The translations under genes and the position numbers were made by a program. A stretch of 64,000 nucleotides of DNA from an uncultured Thermoleophilia bacterium (lineage in GTDB: Bacteria > Actinomycetota > Thermoleophilia > UBA2241), in the NCBI GenBank assembly GCA_963702475.1, contig CAVPCT010000009.1, positions 224,001 through 288,000 of the forward strand. The letters are read 5' to 3'. The number at the start of each line of letters is the position of its first letter. Positions within the stretch are counted from its first letter, which is position 1. The notes under the pieces are model-generated. The model ran no database searches. It saw only the letters and a list, made by a program, of their open reading frames with translations, and was not told the origin of the DNA. This document shows positions 29,336-41,633 of this stretch, one piece after another.

Positions 29336-30781
29336 ATGGCGACCAAGAAGGTGTCCCTGCTGAGCACGGAGGCGCTGGACCGAATCCACGCCGGATCGCT
29401 GCGCATCCTCTCGGGTACCGGCGTGCGCGTGGAGAACGCCCGCTGCCGCGCCGTGCTGGTGAAGGCCGGGGCGAAGCAGGAGGGGCAGACCGACCTCGTG
29501 CGTCTGCCCGCCGCCATGGTCGAGGAGGCCATGGCGCAGCTCACCAAGGACTTCGACCTCGTGCACCCCGGCGGCGCGCGCATGCACACGCCGGACGGGC
29601 GCCAGCACGCCGGCGTGCGCCTCAAGATGCCCAAGGTGCTCGACTACGGCGCGCGCGAGTTGCGACCGCCGGCGCGTCGGGACGTCATCGACCTGAGCCG
29701 CATCATGAACGCCCTGCCGGGGGCCGAGTTCTCGGTGGCCATCCAGTACCCGTCGAGCGACGTGCCGCCGCAGATCGACGTCGCCGACACCCTGGGCCTG
29801 GTGCTGGCCATCACCGGCAAGCTCAGCCTGTGCGCCCCCCAGGACGTCGACGACGCTCGCACCTCCCTGGACGTGCTCATGGCCGGAGCGGGCACGGACG
29901 ACATGGACCGGGACCCCTGCACGTGGGTGGAGATCAACACGGCGACGCCGCTGGTGCTCGGCGACCGGGAGGGCAGCATCATCCTGCACGTCGCGGAGCG
30001 CCGGTGCCCCGTGGACCTCGGCCCCATGCCTATCGCCGGAGTCGCCACGCCGGCGACGCTGGCCGGCAACCTCGTGCTCGGCAACGCCGAGGCGTTGTTC
30101 CTGTGCACGCTGACCAACGCCATCTGGCCGGGAGCCAAGGTCCTTCACGCCACGACCGGTTCCCTGATGAACATGCGCACCGGCTACCTCTCCATGGGCT
30201 CGGCGGAGACCTGCCTCCTGAGCAGCGGCGAGATGGCGCTGGCCAAGTACTACGGCCTGCCCTCCACGCGCATGGGCGGCTACAGCGACTCGCAGTGGCC
30301 TGACGTGCAGGCCGGCATCGAGAAGGCCATGGCGCTGCTCATCCTGGCCCAGAGCGAGGCCGACTTCGTGACCATGGGCGGCCCTCTGGACAACGCCGCC
30401 CACCACAGCTATGAGCAGGTGGTGATCGACCACGACATCTGGGAGATGGCGCAGCGCCTCACCCGGGAGATCGAGGTGAACGATGAGACCCTGGCCGGCG
30501 ACGTCATCGCCAGGGTAGGCCCGGGTGGGTCCTTTCTGGGCGAGACGCACACGCGGCGGGCGGTGCAGGCCGGGGAGCACTACTACGGCGGGTCGTTCAA
30601 CCACATGGGCCGCGCCGGCGAGGAGTACACGATGCTGGCGCGGGCGCATCAGCGTGTGGAGGAGATCCTCGCGCAGCCGTTCGAGTACGTCGCCCCGCCT
30701 GACGCGGTGCAGCGCCTCAAGGACTGTGTGCGCGAGCACGCGATCCAGAAGAAGGTCGCGCCGCCGGAGTGGACGGAGTGA
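29336..30781 (+). CDS. MttB (trimethylamine methyltransferase) superfamily protein without pyrrolysine
   Basis: IH..SL.IL...G, G.ATPATLAG.LV..NAE.L, G..E and YGLP.....SDS..PD.QAG.EK motifs; no in-frame TAG. Confidence 0.9.
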   Translation: MATKKVSLLSTEALDRIHAGSLRILSGTGVRVENARCRAVLVKAGAKQEGQTDLVRLPAAMVEEAMAQLTKDFDLVHPGGARMHTPDGRQHAGVRLKMPKVLDYGARELRPPARRDVIDLSRIMNALPGAEFSVAIQYPSSDVPPQIDVADTLGLVLAITGKLSLCAPQDVDDARTSLDVLMAGAGTDDMDRDPCTWVEINTATPLVLGDREGSIILHVAERRCPVDLGPMPIAGVATPATLAGNLVLGNAEALFLCTLTNAIWPGAKVLHATTGSLMNMRTGYLSMGSAETCLLSSGEMALAKYYGLPSTRMGGYSDSQWPDVQAGIEKAMALLILAQSEADFVTMGGPLDNAAHHSYEQVVIDHDIWEMAQRLTREIEVNDETLAGDVIARVGPGGSFLGETHTRRAVQAGEHYYGGSFNHMGRAGEEYTMLARAHQRVEEILAQPFEYVAPPDAVQRLKDCVREHAIQKKVAPPEWTE

Positions 30782-30841
30782 GCGGCTCCGCCTGAGCCGT
30801 CCGCCGGGGGCACGAGCCGCCTCAGGGGAGGGAGAGAGCAG

Positions 30842-32068
30842 ATGAGCATGAGACACGTGGCTCCCGGCTTCCTGGCCGCGAGGCGAGTGGACCGCCTGGG
30901 CACGGAGCTGGTCTTCGCCGTGGCCGAGGAGGCGGCGGCGCTCGCCGCACAGGGCCGCGACGTCTACCCCTTCCACATGGGAGAGCTCGACTTCGAGACG
31001 CCCCCGAACATCGTGGAAGCGTGCGTGCGCGCCCTCCGCGACGGCAAGACGAAGTACACGCCCAACGGCGGCTTGCCAGAGCTGCGGGAGGCGCTCGCCG
31101 CCGACGTGGGCAGCGAGCGCGGCGTCGCCTACAGGCCGGAGAACGTCGCGGTCCAGCCGGCGGGCAAGCCGGTCATCGGCAAGTTCCTGCTGGCGCTCAT
31201 GGACCCGGGGGACGAGGTCCTCTATCCCAACCCCGGGTTCCCGATCTACTCGTCGCTGATCGAGTTCTTCGGCGGCGTCGCCGTCCCGTACGCCTACGTG
31301 GAGGGCGAGGACGGGTTCCGCATCGATCTCGACGACCTGGAGCGCCGCATCACCAGCCGCACCCGCCTGCTCATCGTGAACGACCACCACAATCCGACCG
31401 GGTCGAGGTGCACCGCGGAAGAGATGGAGCGACTCGCGCAACTGGTGGTCGAGCACGACCTGTTCGTGCTCAGCGACGAGGCGTACTTCGCCATCCGCTA
31501 CGGCGGCCGAAGCCTCTCAATCGTGTCGCGGCCGGAGATGCAGGAGCGCACGGTGATCCTGTACACGTTCGGCAAGAAGTACGCCATGACCGGCTTCCGC
31601 CTGGGCGCGGCCATCGGGCCGGCCCCGGTCATCGACATCATCGTGCGCCTCAACGTGAACTGGGAGGCGTGCTGCAACCACTTCGCGCAATACGGGGCCG
31701 TCGAGGCACTCACCTGCGCGGACAGCGGGCTGGACGGGCGCCTCGCGGCGCTGCGGGAGCGGCGCGACGCGGGCGTGGAGATCCTCAACAGCACGCCCGG
31801 TGTGCGCTGTCTGCGCCCCGACAGCACGTTCTATCTGTACCCGAACGTGACCGGAGCGGCGCGGCTCCTCGGGTGCGACGACCACGAGAGCTTCCGCCGC
31901 CTGGTCCTCGACGAGACGGGCGTGTCGTTCTCGACCCGCCCTCACTACGGGGAGCCCCTTCCGGACGAGACCGACCTGTACATCCGCGTGTCGTATTCGG
32001 GCATCCCCGTCGACCGCCTCAGGGAGGGCCTCGAGGTGTTCCGGGCGCTCGTCCTCTCGCGAGCCTGA
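30842..32068 (+). CDS. Class I/II PLP aminotransferase
   Basis: GELDF.TP, YTPNGG.PELR, HNPTG, SDEAY and FGKKYAMTGFRLG motifs. Confidence 0.92.
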   Translation: MSMRHVAPGFLAARRVDRLGTELVFAVAEEAAALAAQGRDVYPFHMGELDFETPPNIVEACVRALRDGKTKYTPNGGLPELREALAADVGSERGVAYRPENVAVQPAGKPVIGKFLLALMDPGDEVLYPNPGFPIYSSLIEFFGGVAVPYAYVEGEDGFRIDLDDLERRITSRTRLLIVNDHHNPTGSRCTAEEMERLAQLVVEHDLFVLSDEAYFAIRYGGRSLSIVSRPEMQERTVILYTFGKKYAMTGFRLGAAIGPAPVIDIIVRLNVNWEACCNHFAQYGAVEALTCADSGLDGRLAALRERRDAGVEILNSTPGVRCLRPDSTFYLYPNVTGAARLLGCDDHESFRRLVLDETGVSFSTRPHYGEPLPDETDLYIRVSYSGIPVDRLREGLEVFRALVLSRA

Positions 32069-32130
32069 GCCCGCCGCCGGCGGCAGAGGGTCCCGCTACC
32101 GCGGTCGCGGCGCCACAACGTCACGCGCCC

Positions 32131-32160
32131 TTGCCGCGGCCCGCCGCCAACTGCTACCAT
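32131..32160 (+). promoter_or_regulatory. pyr operon promoter TTGCCG-N18-TACCAT (extended TGn -10)
   Basis: ttgccg 32131-32136; tgcTACCAT ending 32160, directly before the PyrR leader. Confidence 0.6.
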
Positions 32161-32164
32161 ACCT

Positions 32165-32245
32165 TGGTCCTTTAACCACGTCCCGAGAGACGAAAAGGGG
32201 GTGCAGCGCTGCCGTACGCCTACAGGGCCGGTGGCGCGTTTTTTT
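32165..32245 (+). ncRNA. PyrR-binding attenuator leader with intrinsic terminator
   Basis: CCTTTAA...GTCCCGAGAGAC...AAGG matches the PyrR binding-loop consensus; GC hairpin gcgctgccg...cggtggcgc followed by T7. Confidence 0.85.
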
Positions 32246-32833
32246 ATGCCTGGATCCAGACCGGAGAACGAGGCCGTCGTCATGACGGCCGAGCAGCTGT
32301 CGCGCACGCTCACGCGCATCGCCCACGAGATCCTCGAGAAGAACCCCGGCGGGGAGCATCTCGCCGTGGTCGGCATCCATACGCGCGGCGCCTTCCTCGG
32401 CGCGCGCATCCACAAGCTGCTCTGCGAGGTGGGCGGGCAGCAGTACGCCAGCGGCGACATCGACATCTCGTTCTACCGCGACGACGTCGCCGCGCGAGGC
32501 GCGGTCGGAGTCATACCGAGCAGCACCCCCCAGCCGGTGGTGCGAGACAGCCACCTGCCGTTCGACATCGACGGCGCCCGTGTGGTGCTGGTCGACGACG
32601 TGCTCTACACCGGGCGCACCATCCGCGCCGCCATCGACGCGCTGTTCGACTTCGGGCGGCCGGCCTGCGTGCAGCTCGCGGTCCTCGTGGACCGCGGCCA
32701 CCGCGAGCTGCCGATCCGGCCGGACTATGTGGGCAAGAACCTGCCGACAGCCCCGCGCGAGCGCATCAGCGTGCGCGTGGCTGAGTGCGACAGCGTGGAC
32801 GAGGTCGTCCTCGTGCGCGCCAAGGAGGCCTGA
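32246..32833 (+). CDS. pyrR: Bifunctional pyr attenuation protein / uracil phosphoribosyltransferase PyrR
   Basis: RIAHEI.E, DI.FYRDD, LVDDVLYTGRT and DRGHRELPIRPDYVGKN motifs. Confidence 0.96.
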   Translation: MPGSRPENEAVVMTAEQLSRTLTRIAHEILEKNPGGEHLAVVGIHTRGAFLGARIHKLLCEVGGQQYASGDIDISFYRDDVAARGAVGVIPSSTPQPVVRDSHLPFDIDGARVVLVDDVLYTGRTIRAAIDALFDFGRPACVQLAVLVDRGHRELPIRPDYVGKNLPTAPRERISVRVAECDSVDEVVLVRAKEA

Positions 32834-32834
32834 C

Positions 32835-33776
32835 ATGCCCAAGCGGGACCTCATCAGCATCGAGGACCTCTCGCGCGCCGACGTCGAGCTCATCCTCGAC
32901 ACCGCGGAGAGCTTCCTGCCGGTGCTGGAGCGCGACATCAAGAAGGTACCGACCCTGCGCGGGCGCACCATCATCAACCTCTTCTGGGAAGCCTCCACCC
33001 GTACCTCGTCCAGCTTCGACCTGGCGGCCAAACGGCTCTCGGCCGACACCCTGGCTCTCAAGGCCAGCGGCTCGGCCGTGGAGAAGGGTGAGACGCTCAA
33101 GGACACGGCCATCACCCTGAGCGCCTACGCGCCCGACATCATCGTCATGCGGCACCCCTCGGCCGGCGCCTGCCAGACGCTCTCGGCCAACACCGAGGCG
33201 AGCGTCATCAACGCCGGCGACGGCAAGCACCAGCACCCCACGCAGTGCCTGCTGGACCTGTTCAGCATGCGCCAGAACCTGGGTCGGGACCTCACCGGCC
33301 TCAAGGTCTTCATCATCGGCGACATCCTGCACAGCCGTGTGGCGCGCAGCGACATCATGGGCTTCCAGATGCTGGGCATGGACGTCACCCTGGTCGCGCC
33401 GCCCACGCTCATGCCGCGCGGCATCGAGGCCATGGGCGTCAAGGTGGAGTACGACCTCGCGAACCTCAAGGACGCGGACGTCATCTACCTCCTGCGCATC
33501 CAGAAGGAGCGCATCAAGGCGGGCGCCAACTACCTGCCGTCGCTGCGCGAGTACAGCCGCCTGTGGGGCATCAGCCAGGCGCGGCTGCGGGCGGGGCAGC
33601 GGGTCATGCACCCCGGCCCCATCAATCGCGGCGTGGAGATCGCCAGCGACATCGCCGACGACGACGAGAACCTCATCGCCCACCAGGTGTTCAGCGGGCT
33701 GGCGGTGCGCATGGCCATCCTCTACAGGACCATCGTCGGCTACAGCGACAGCGCGGCGAACGAGGAGGTGCTCTGA
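32835..33776 (+). CDS. pyrB: Aspartate carbamoyltransferase
   Basis: EASTRT, NAGDG.HQHPTQ, GDILHSRVARS and MHPGP motifs. Confidence 0.96.
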   Translation: MPKRDLISIEDLSRADVELILDTAESFLPVLERDIKKVPTLRGRTIINLFWEASTRTSSSFDLAAKRLSADTLALKASGSAVEKGETLKDTAITLSAYAPDIIVMRHPSAGACQTLSANTEASVINAGDGKHQHPTQCLLDLFSMRQNLGRDLTGLKVFIIGDILHSRVARSDIMGFQMLGMDVTLVAPPTLMPRGIEAMGVKVEYDLANLKDADVIYLLRIQKERIKAGANYLPSLREYSRLWGISQARLRAGQRVMHPGPINRGVEIASDIADDDENLIAHQVFSGLAVRMAILYRTIVGYSDSAANEEVL

Positions 33777-35093
33777 TGGAACGCACCTGGTGCAAGAGCC
33801 TCCCGGCCGCCGACCTGCTGCTCAGCGGCGGCCGCGTCGTCGACCCAGCTTCCGGCCTCGACGGCGTCACGGACGTGCTGATCGCGAAAGGCAGGATCGC
33901 CGGAGTCGGCGACGGCCTCGAGGGCGGCAGGAACACCCGCGTGGTCGACGCCTCCGACATGCTGGTGCTGCCCGGCTTCGTCGACCTGCACGCGCACTTC
34001 CGCACGCCGGGGCGAGAGGACGAGGAGGACCTGGCCACGGGCTCGGCCGCTGCCGCGACCGGCGGCTACGTGGCCGCCTTCGGCATGGCCAACACCGACC
34101 CGGTCACCGACTCGGCGCCGCTTCTCCGTGGCCTCGCGGAGCAGGCCGGGACCGAGGCCGTGATCCCGCTCGGCTTCTGGGCCGCCGTCACCTGTGGCCT
34201 CGCCGGTGAGCAGCTCACCGAGATGGGCGAGCTGGGCGAGGCCGGCGCAGTGGGCTTCAGCGACGACGGCAAGCCGCTGCCCACCTCCGCGCTCACGCGC
34301 CGCGCCCTGCAGTACGTCAAGGTCAGCGGGCGCTTCGTCGGCATCCACGCCCAGGACGACTCGCTCTTCAAGGGTGGGCAGATGCACGAAGGTCCCGCCT
34401 CGGCCCGCCTCGGCCTCACGGGCATCCCGTCGCTCTGCGAAAGCCTGGACGTCTCGCGCTCACTGGATGTGTGCGCCTACGAGGACGCGCACCTGCACGT
34501 CCACCACGTGAGCACCGAGGCGTCGCTCGAGGCCATCGCCCGTGCCAAAGCAGCCGGCGTGAAGGTCACGATCGAGGCCACGCCGCACCACCTCACCATG
34601 AACGACGAGGCCGTCGCCTCGCTCGACCCCAACCTCAAGATGAACCCGCCGCTGCGCGCCGAGAGCGACCGCCAGGCGCTCGTCGCGGCGCTGAGGAGCG
34701 GTCTTGTCGACTGCGTCGCGACCGATCACGCGCCGCACGCGTCTGAAGAGAAGGACGTGCCGTACCGAGGAGGCGCCGTTCGGGTGCATCGGCCTGGAGA
34801 CCGCGTTCAGCGTGCTCTACGCCGGGCTCGTCGAGCCGGGCCTCCTCGATCTCGGCACGCTGGTGACACGCATGAGCACAGCTCCCGCCGGCATCGCCGG
34901 CCTCACGCCGCCGGCCGTCTGCGCCGGCGCTCCCGCAGACCTCTGCGTAGTCGATCCCCGCGCCACGTGGGCGGTCACCCCGCAGACCCTGCAGTCCCGT
35001 TCGTTCAACTCGCCGTGGCTCGGCAAGGAGCTCACGGCCAGGGTCAGGCTCACAGTCGCAGCGGGTCGTGTGGCCTGGGACGACCTTGCCTAG
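33776..35093 (+). CDS. pyrC: Dihydroorotase with a +1 frameshift at about 34765
   Basis: DLHAH, KMNPPLR and ATDHAPH in the first frame; EEAPFG.IGLET...NSPW.G continues in the shifted frame (ORF 34704-35093). Confidence 0.9.
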
Positions 35094-36188
35094 CCCGGCC
35101 GTCATCGTCCTCGAGGACGGGGCCCTGTTCCACGGCGAGGCTCTCGCCGGCGGCGGCTCCGTGGGCGGCGAGGTCGTGTTCAACACGAGCATGTCCGGCT
35201 ACCAGGAGATCGCCACCGACCCGTCCTACTGCGGGCAGCTGATCACGTACACGTTCCCGATGAACGGCAACTACGGGGCCGACCCGGACCGCGACGAGTC
35301 GGGCAAGGCGCACGCCCGCGCCATCATCACACGCGAGCTCACCAACTACCGCTACAACCGCGCTTCGCGCACCACCTGGCTCGACTGGCTGGCCGAGCAC
35401 GGCGTGCTGGCCGTGACCGGCGTCGACACGCGCGCCCTCACGCGACACATCCGCGAGGCGGGCGCCATGCGCGCCGTCGTCAGTACCGAGACGGCGGACA
35501 TCAAGCACCTGCGTCAGGCCGCCCAGAAGCTGCCGGTCATGGGCGGCCTCGACCTCGCCAAGGTCGTCACCTGCGGGGAGGCGTACGAGGCGCCGGCGCC
35601 CGCAGGGGCGGCGCCCGACCTGCACGTCGTGGCCTTCGACTACGGCATCAAGCGCTCCATGCTCGGCTACCTGGCGAACGCCGGCTTCCGCGTCACCGTT
35701 GTGCCGGCTGCCACGAGCGCGAAGGACGTGCTCAAGCGCGAGCCCGACGGCGTGTTCCTCAGCAACGGCCCGGGCGACCCGGCCGCCGTCGGCTACGCCG
35801 TCAAGACCATCGAGAGGCTGCTCGGCAAGGTGCCCTTGTTCGGCATCTGCCTCGGTCACCAGCTGCTCGCCCAGGCGCTCGGCCTGAGCACGTACAAGCT
35901 CAAGTTCGGGCACCGCGGCGCCAACCACCCCGTCAAGGACCTGCGCACCGGAGTGATCGAGATCACCACGCAGAACCACGGGTTCGCCGTGAAGAACGAG
36001 CCCGTGCCCGGCGCGGAGATCACCCACATCAACCTGAACGACGACACCGTCGAGGGTGTAGCGGCCCCCAACGACTACGCCTTCTCCGTCCAGTACCACC
36101 CGGAGTCGACGCCCGGTCCTCACGACTCGCTCTACCTGTTCGACCGCTTCCGCGACGAGATCGCGCGCTTCAAGAAGGGCGGTGTGTG

Positions 36189-36189
<1 letters not shown>
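35086..36189 (+). CDS. carA: Carbamoyl-phosphate synthase small subunit
   Basis: [31 protein letters not shown] and QYHPE motifs. Confidence 0.96.
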
Positions 36190-39386
<3,197 letters not shown>

Positions 39387-39406
39387 GACAGGGGGGCGAC
39401 GACGTG

Positions 39407-40195
39407 ATGAGCGGACCCGCGACAGAGCACACGCAGGGCGAGCAGTGGGCGGAGACGTCACACTGCCGGGTCGCCGGCGTCCGCCGGTTCGGCGTCTTCA
39501 CGGCGCTGGAGGTGGTGGCGCCGCGCGTCGCCGCGAAGGCGGCGCCCGGGCAGTTCGTCATGGTCGCCGTGCCCGGCGGCGGCTTCCTGCTTCGCCGCCC
39601 CGTCTCGCTCTTCAGCGTGCGCGCCGACAGGGTCGGCCTGTTCGTCGAGTCGCGGGGCGCCGGCAGCGAACGCATCGCTCAGGCGGAGGTGGGGGAGAGC
39701 CTGGATCTCGCCGGGCCGCTGGGCTCGGCCTTCCCGGTCGAGGGCGTCGCGAGCGCCCTGCTGATAGGCGGCGGCATCGGTTGCGCGCCCCTGCAGTACC
39801 TTGCCGACGAGCTGGCGGCGGCCGGCGGTCACGTCACCGCCGCCTTCGGCTTCCGCGACTTCCGCGCCGCCCGCGCCGCCGGGGCGTTCACCATCGAACG
39901 CCTGTGGGTCGCCACGGAGGACGGGAGCATCGGGCGGCGCGGCATGGTCCTGGATGTGCTCGCGGAACTGGACGTCCCGCCGCAGACCGTCGTGTACGCG
40001 TGCGGTCCGTCGGCGATGATCGGCGCCGTGCAGCGCTGGACGCTGGCGGAAGGGCTGCGCGGCTACGCGTCCCTCGAGGCGCACATGGCCTGCGGAACCG
40101 GCTCGTGCCACGGTTGCGTGGTCGAGACCACCAGAGGGGCGCTGCGCGTGTGCAGCGAGGGGCCTGTGTTCGCGCTCGATGAGGTGGTCGCGTGA
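39407..40195 (+). CDS. pyrK: Dihydroorotate dehydrogenase electron transfer subunit
   Basis: PGQF, LRRP.S, GPLG, GGGIG.AP, YACGP and MACG.G.C.GC..C.EGPVF motifs. Confidence 0.93.
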   Translation: MSGPATEHTQGEQWAETSHCRVAGVRRFGVFTALEVVAPRVAAKAAPGQFVMVAVPGGGFLLRRPVSLFSVRADRVGLFVESRGAGSERIAQAEVGESLDLAGPLGSAFPVEGVASALLIGGGIGCAPLQYLADELAAAGGHVTAAFGFRDFRAARAAGAFTIERLWVATEDGSIGRRGMVLDVLAELDVPPQTVVYACGPSAMIGAVQRWTLAEGLRGYASLEAHMACGTGSCHGCVVETTRGALRVCSEGPVFALDEVVA

Positions 40196-41166
40196 GAACT
40201 GCGCTACCCCCCGAGAGCGTCAGACTCGGCGTCGAGCTGGGCGGGCTGCACCTCGCCCACCCGCTCGTCGACGCCTCAGGTACGTTCGACGTGCTCGAGT
40301 ACGCGCGGCGCTTCGAAGGCGACTACTTCGCGTGCTTCCCGTACGCGGCCTACGTACCCAAGACGGTCACCGCGGACCCGCGCACCGGCAACCCGCCCCC
40401 GCGCGTCACCGAGACGCCGGCCGGCATGATCAACGCTATCGGCCTGGAGAACCCCGGCATCGATGCCTGGATAGTGCAGCTGCCGGAGTGGGCGCGGCTG
40501 GAGCAGCCGGTCATCGTCAGCGTCGGCGGCAACGCTCCCGAGCAGTACGCGGCCGTGGTCCGCCGCCTCGAGGAGCACCTGGCGTCAGCGGACGCGAGGA
40601 CCGTGCCGCCCATCGAAGGCTACGAGCTCAACGTGTCCTGCCCCAACGTCTCCGGCGGGCTGCAGATCGGCGCCGATCCCACCGCTACGGCGGCCGTCGT
40701 CGGCGCCGTCCGCGCCGAGACCGGACGGCTTCTGCTGGCCAAGCTCACACCCAACGTGGCGGATGTCGTCGCTGTCGCCCGCGCCGCCACGCTGGCGGGC
40801 GCGGACGGCCTCTCGCTCATCAACACCGTCAAGGCCATGGTGCTCGACCGCGACACCTTACGGCCGTTTCTGGGCAACCGCACCGGTGGCCTCTGCGGAC
40901 CGGCTATCAAGCCCATCGCCCTCCGCATGGTCGCGGAGGTGGCGCAGGCTCTGCCGGGCGTGCCGCTGGTAGGCATGGGTGGCGTCATGACCGGCCTCGA
41001 TGCGCTTGAACTCATCGCCTGCGGCGCCACGGCCGTGGCCGTCGGCGCCGCCAACTTCACCGGCATGGAGGCGCCGGCCCGGATACTCACAGAGCTGCGT
41101 CTGGAGCTGGCGGCGCGGGGCTTCGCGTCGCCGGCGGAGGCGCGGGGGGTGGCGCTGCGCGCCTGA
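40192..41166 (+). CDS. pyrD: Dihydroorotate dehydrogenase (family 1B)
   Basis: ASGT, NAIGLENPG, ELNVSCPN, KLTPN, INT and GGLCG motifs. Confidence 0.94.
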   Translation: MRTALPPESVRLGVELGGLHLAHPLVDASGTFDVLEYARRFEGDYFACFPYAAYVPKTVTADPRTGNPPPRVTETPAGMINAIGLENPGIDAWIVQLPEWARLEQPVIVSVGGNAPEQYAAVVRRLEEHLASADARTVPPIEGYELNVSCPNVSGGLQIGADPTATAAVVGAVRAETGRLLLAKLTPNVADVVAVARAATLAGADGLSLINTVKAMVLDRDTLRPFLGNRTGGLCGPAIKPIALRMVAEVAQALPGVPLVGMGGVMTGLDALELIACGATAVAVGAANFTGMEAPARILTELRLELAARGFASPAEARGVALRA

Positions 41167-41247
41167 CCCGCGCCGCCGCTTCCGGGCCCGCGGCGTCCCT
41201 GGCCGAGAAAGTACCAGCTAGCGGCCTCATTCGTCCCCGCCCGTCTG

Positions 41248-41277
41248 TTGAACTGCGCGAGAGCCTTCACATATACT
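41248..41277 (+). promoter_or_regulatory. Promoter TTGAAC-N18-TATACT for mihF (near-leaderless)
   Basis: TTGAAC 41248-41253, TATACT 41272-41277, ATG 8 nt downstream, no SD. Confidence 0.65.
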
Positions 41278-41285
41278 CTCGCGCG

Positions 41286-41621
41286 ATGTCCACCACCTCA
41301 GCCAGGCAGTCCAACACAGCCCCCGAGCGCTCACTGGGCCAGCGCATGGACGCGCTGGGCAGAGCGAACGAGGTCCGCAGCCGTCGCGCCGCCCTCAAGG
41401 CCGACCTCAAGCGCGGCGCCGTCGGCATCAAGGATGTCCTCCAGGCGCCTCCTGAATTCCTGCTCACCGCCAAGGTCCAGGACCTTCTGATGGCGGCGCC
41501 CAAGTGCGGACGCGTGAAGTCCGCCAAGATCATGGAGCAGTGTCGCATCAGCCCGAGCAAGACCGTCGGCGGTCTCTCGGAGCGCCAGCGCACCGAGTTG
41601 CTCGCTCACTTCGGAGGCTGA
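41286..41621 (+). CDS. mihF: Actinobacterial integration host factor (mIHF/sIHF)
   Basis: QR.DAL.RA..R..RA.LK..LK.G and KV..LL...P..G.VK...IM....IS....GL..RQ patterns; upstream of gmk. Confidence 0.88.
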   Translation: MSTTSARQSNTAPERSLGQRMDALGRANEVRSRRAALKADLKRGAVGIKDVLQAPPEFLLTAKVQDLLMAAPKCGRVKSAKIMEQCRISPSKTVGGLSERQRTELLAHFGG

Positions 41622-41633
41622 CCCATCCCCGCC

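Noticed and set aside
23795-30781. Pyrrolysine recoding in MtmB/MttB
   Set aside because: Both ORFs are uninterrupted with sense codons at the Pyl positions; no pyl genes or tRNA-Pyl seen
34704-35093. Separate 129-aa gene
   Set aside because: It is the frameshifted C-terminus of pyrC
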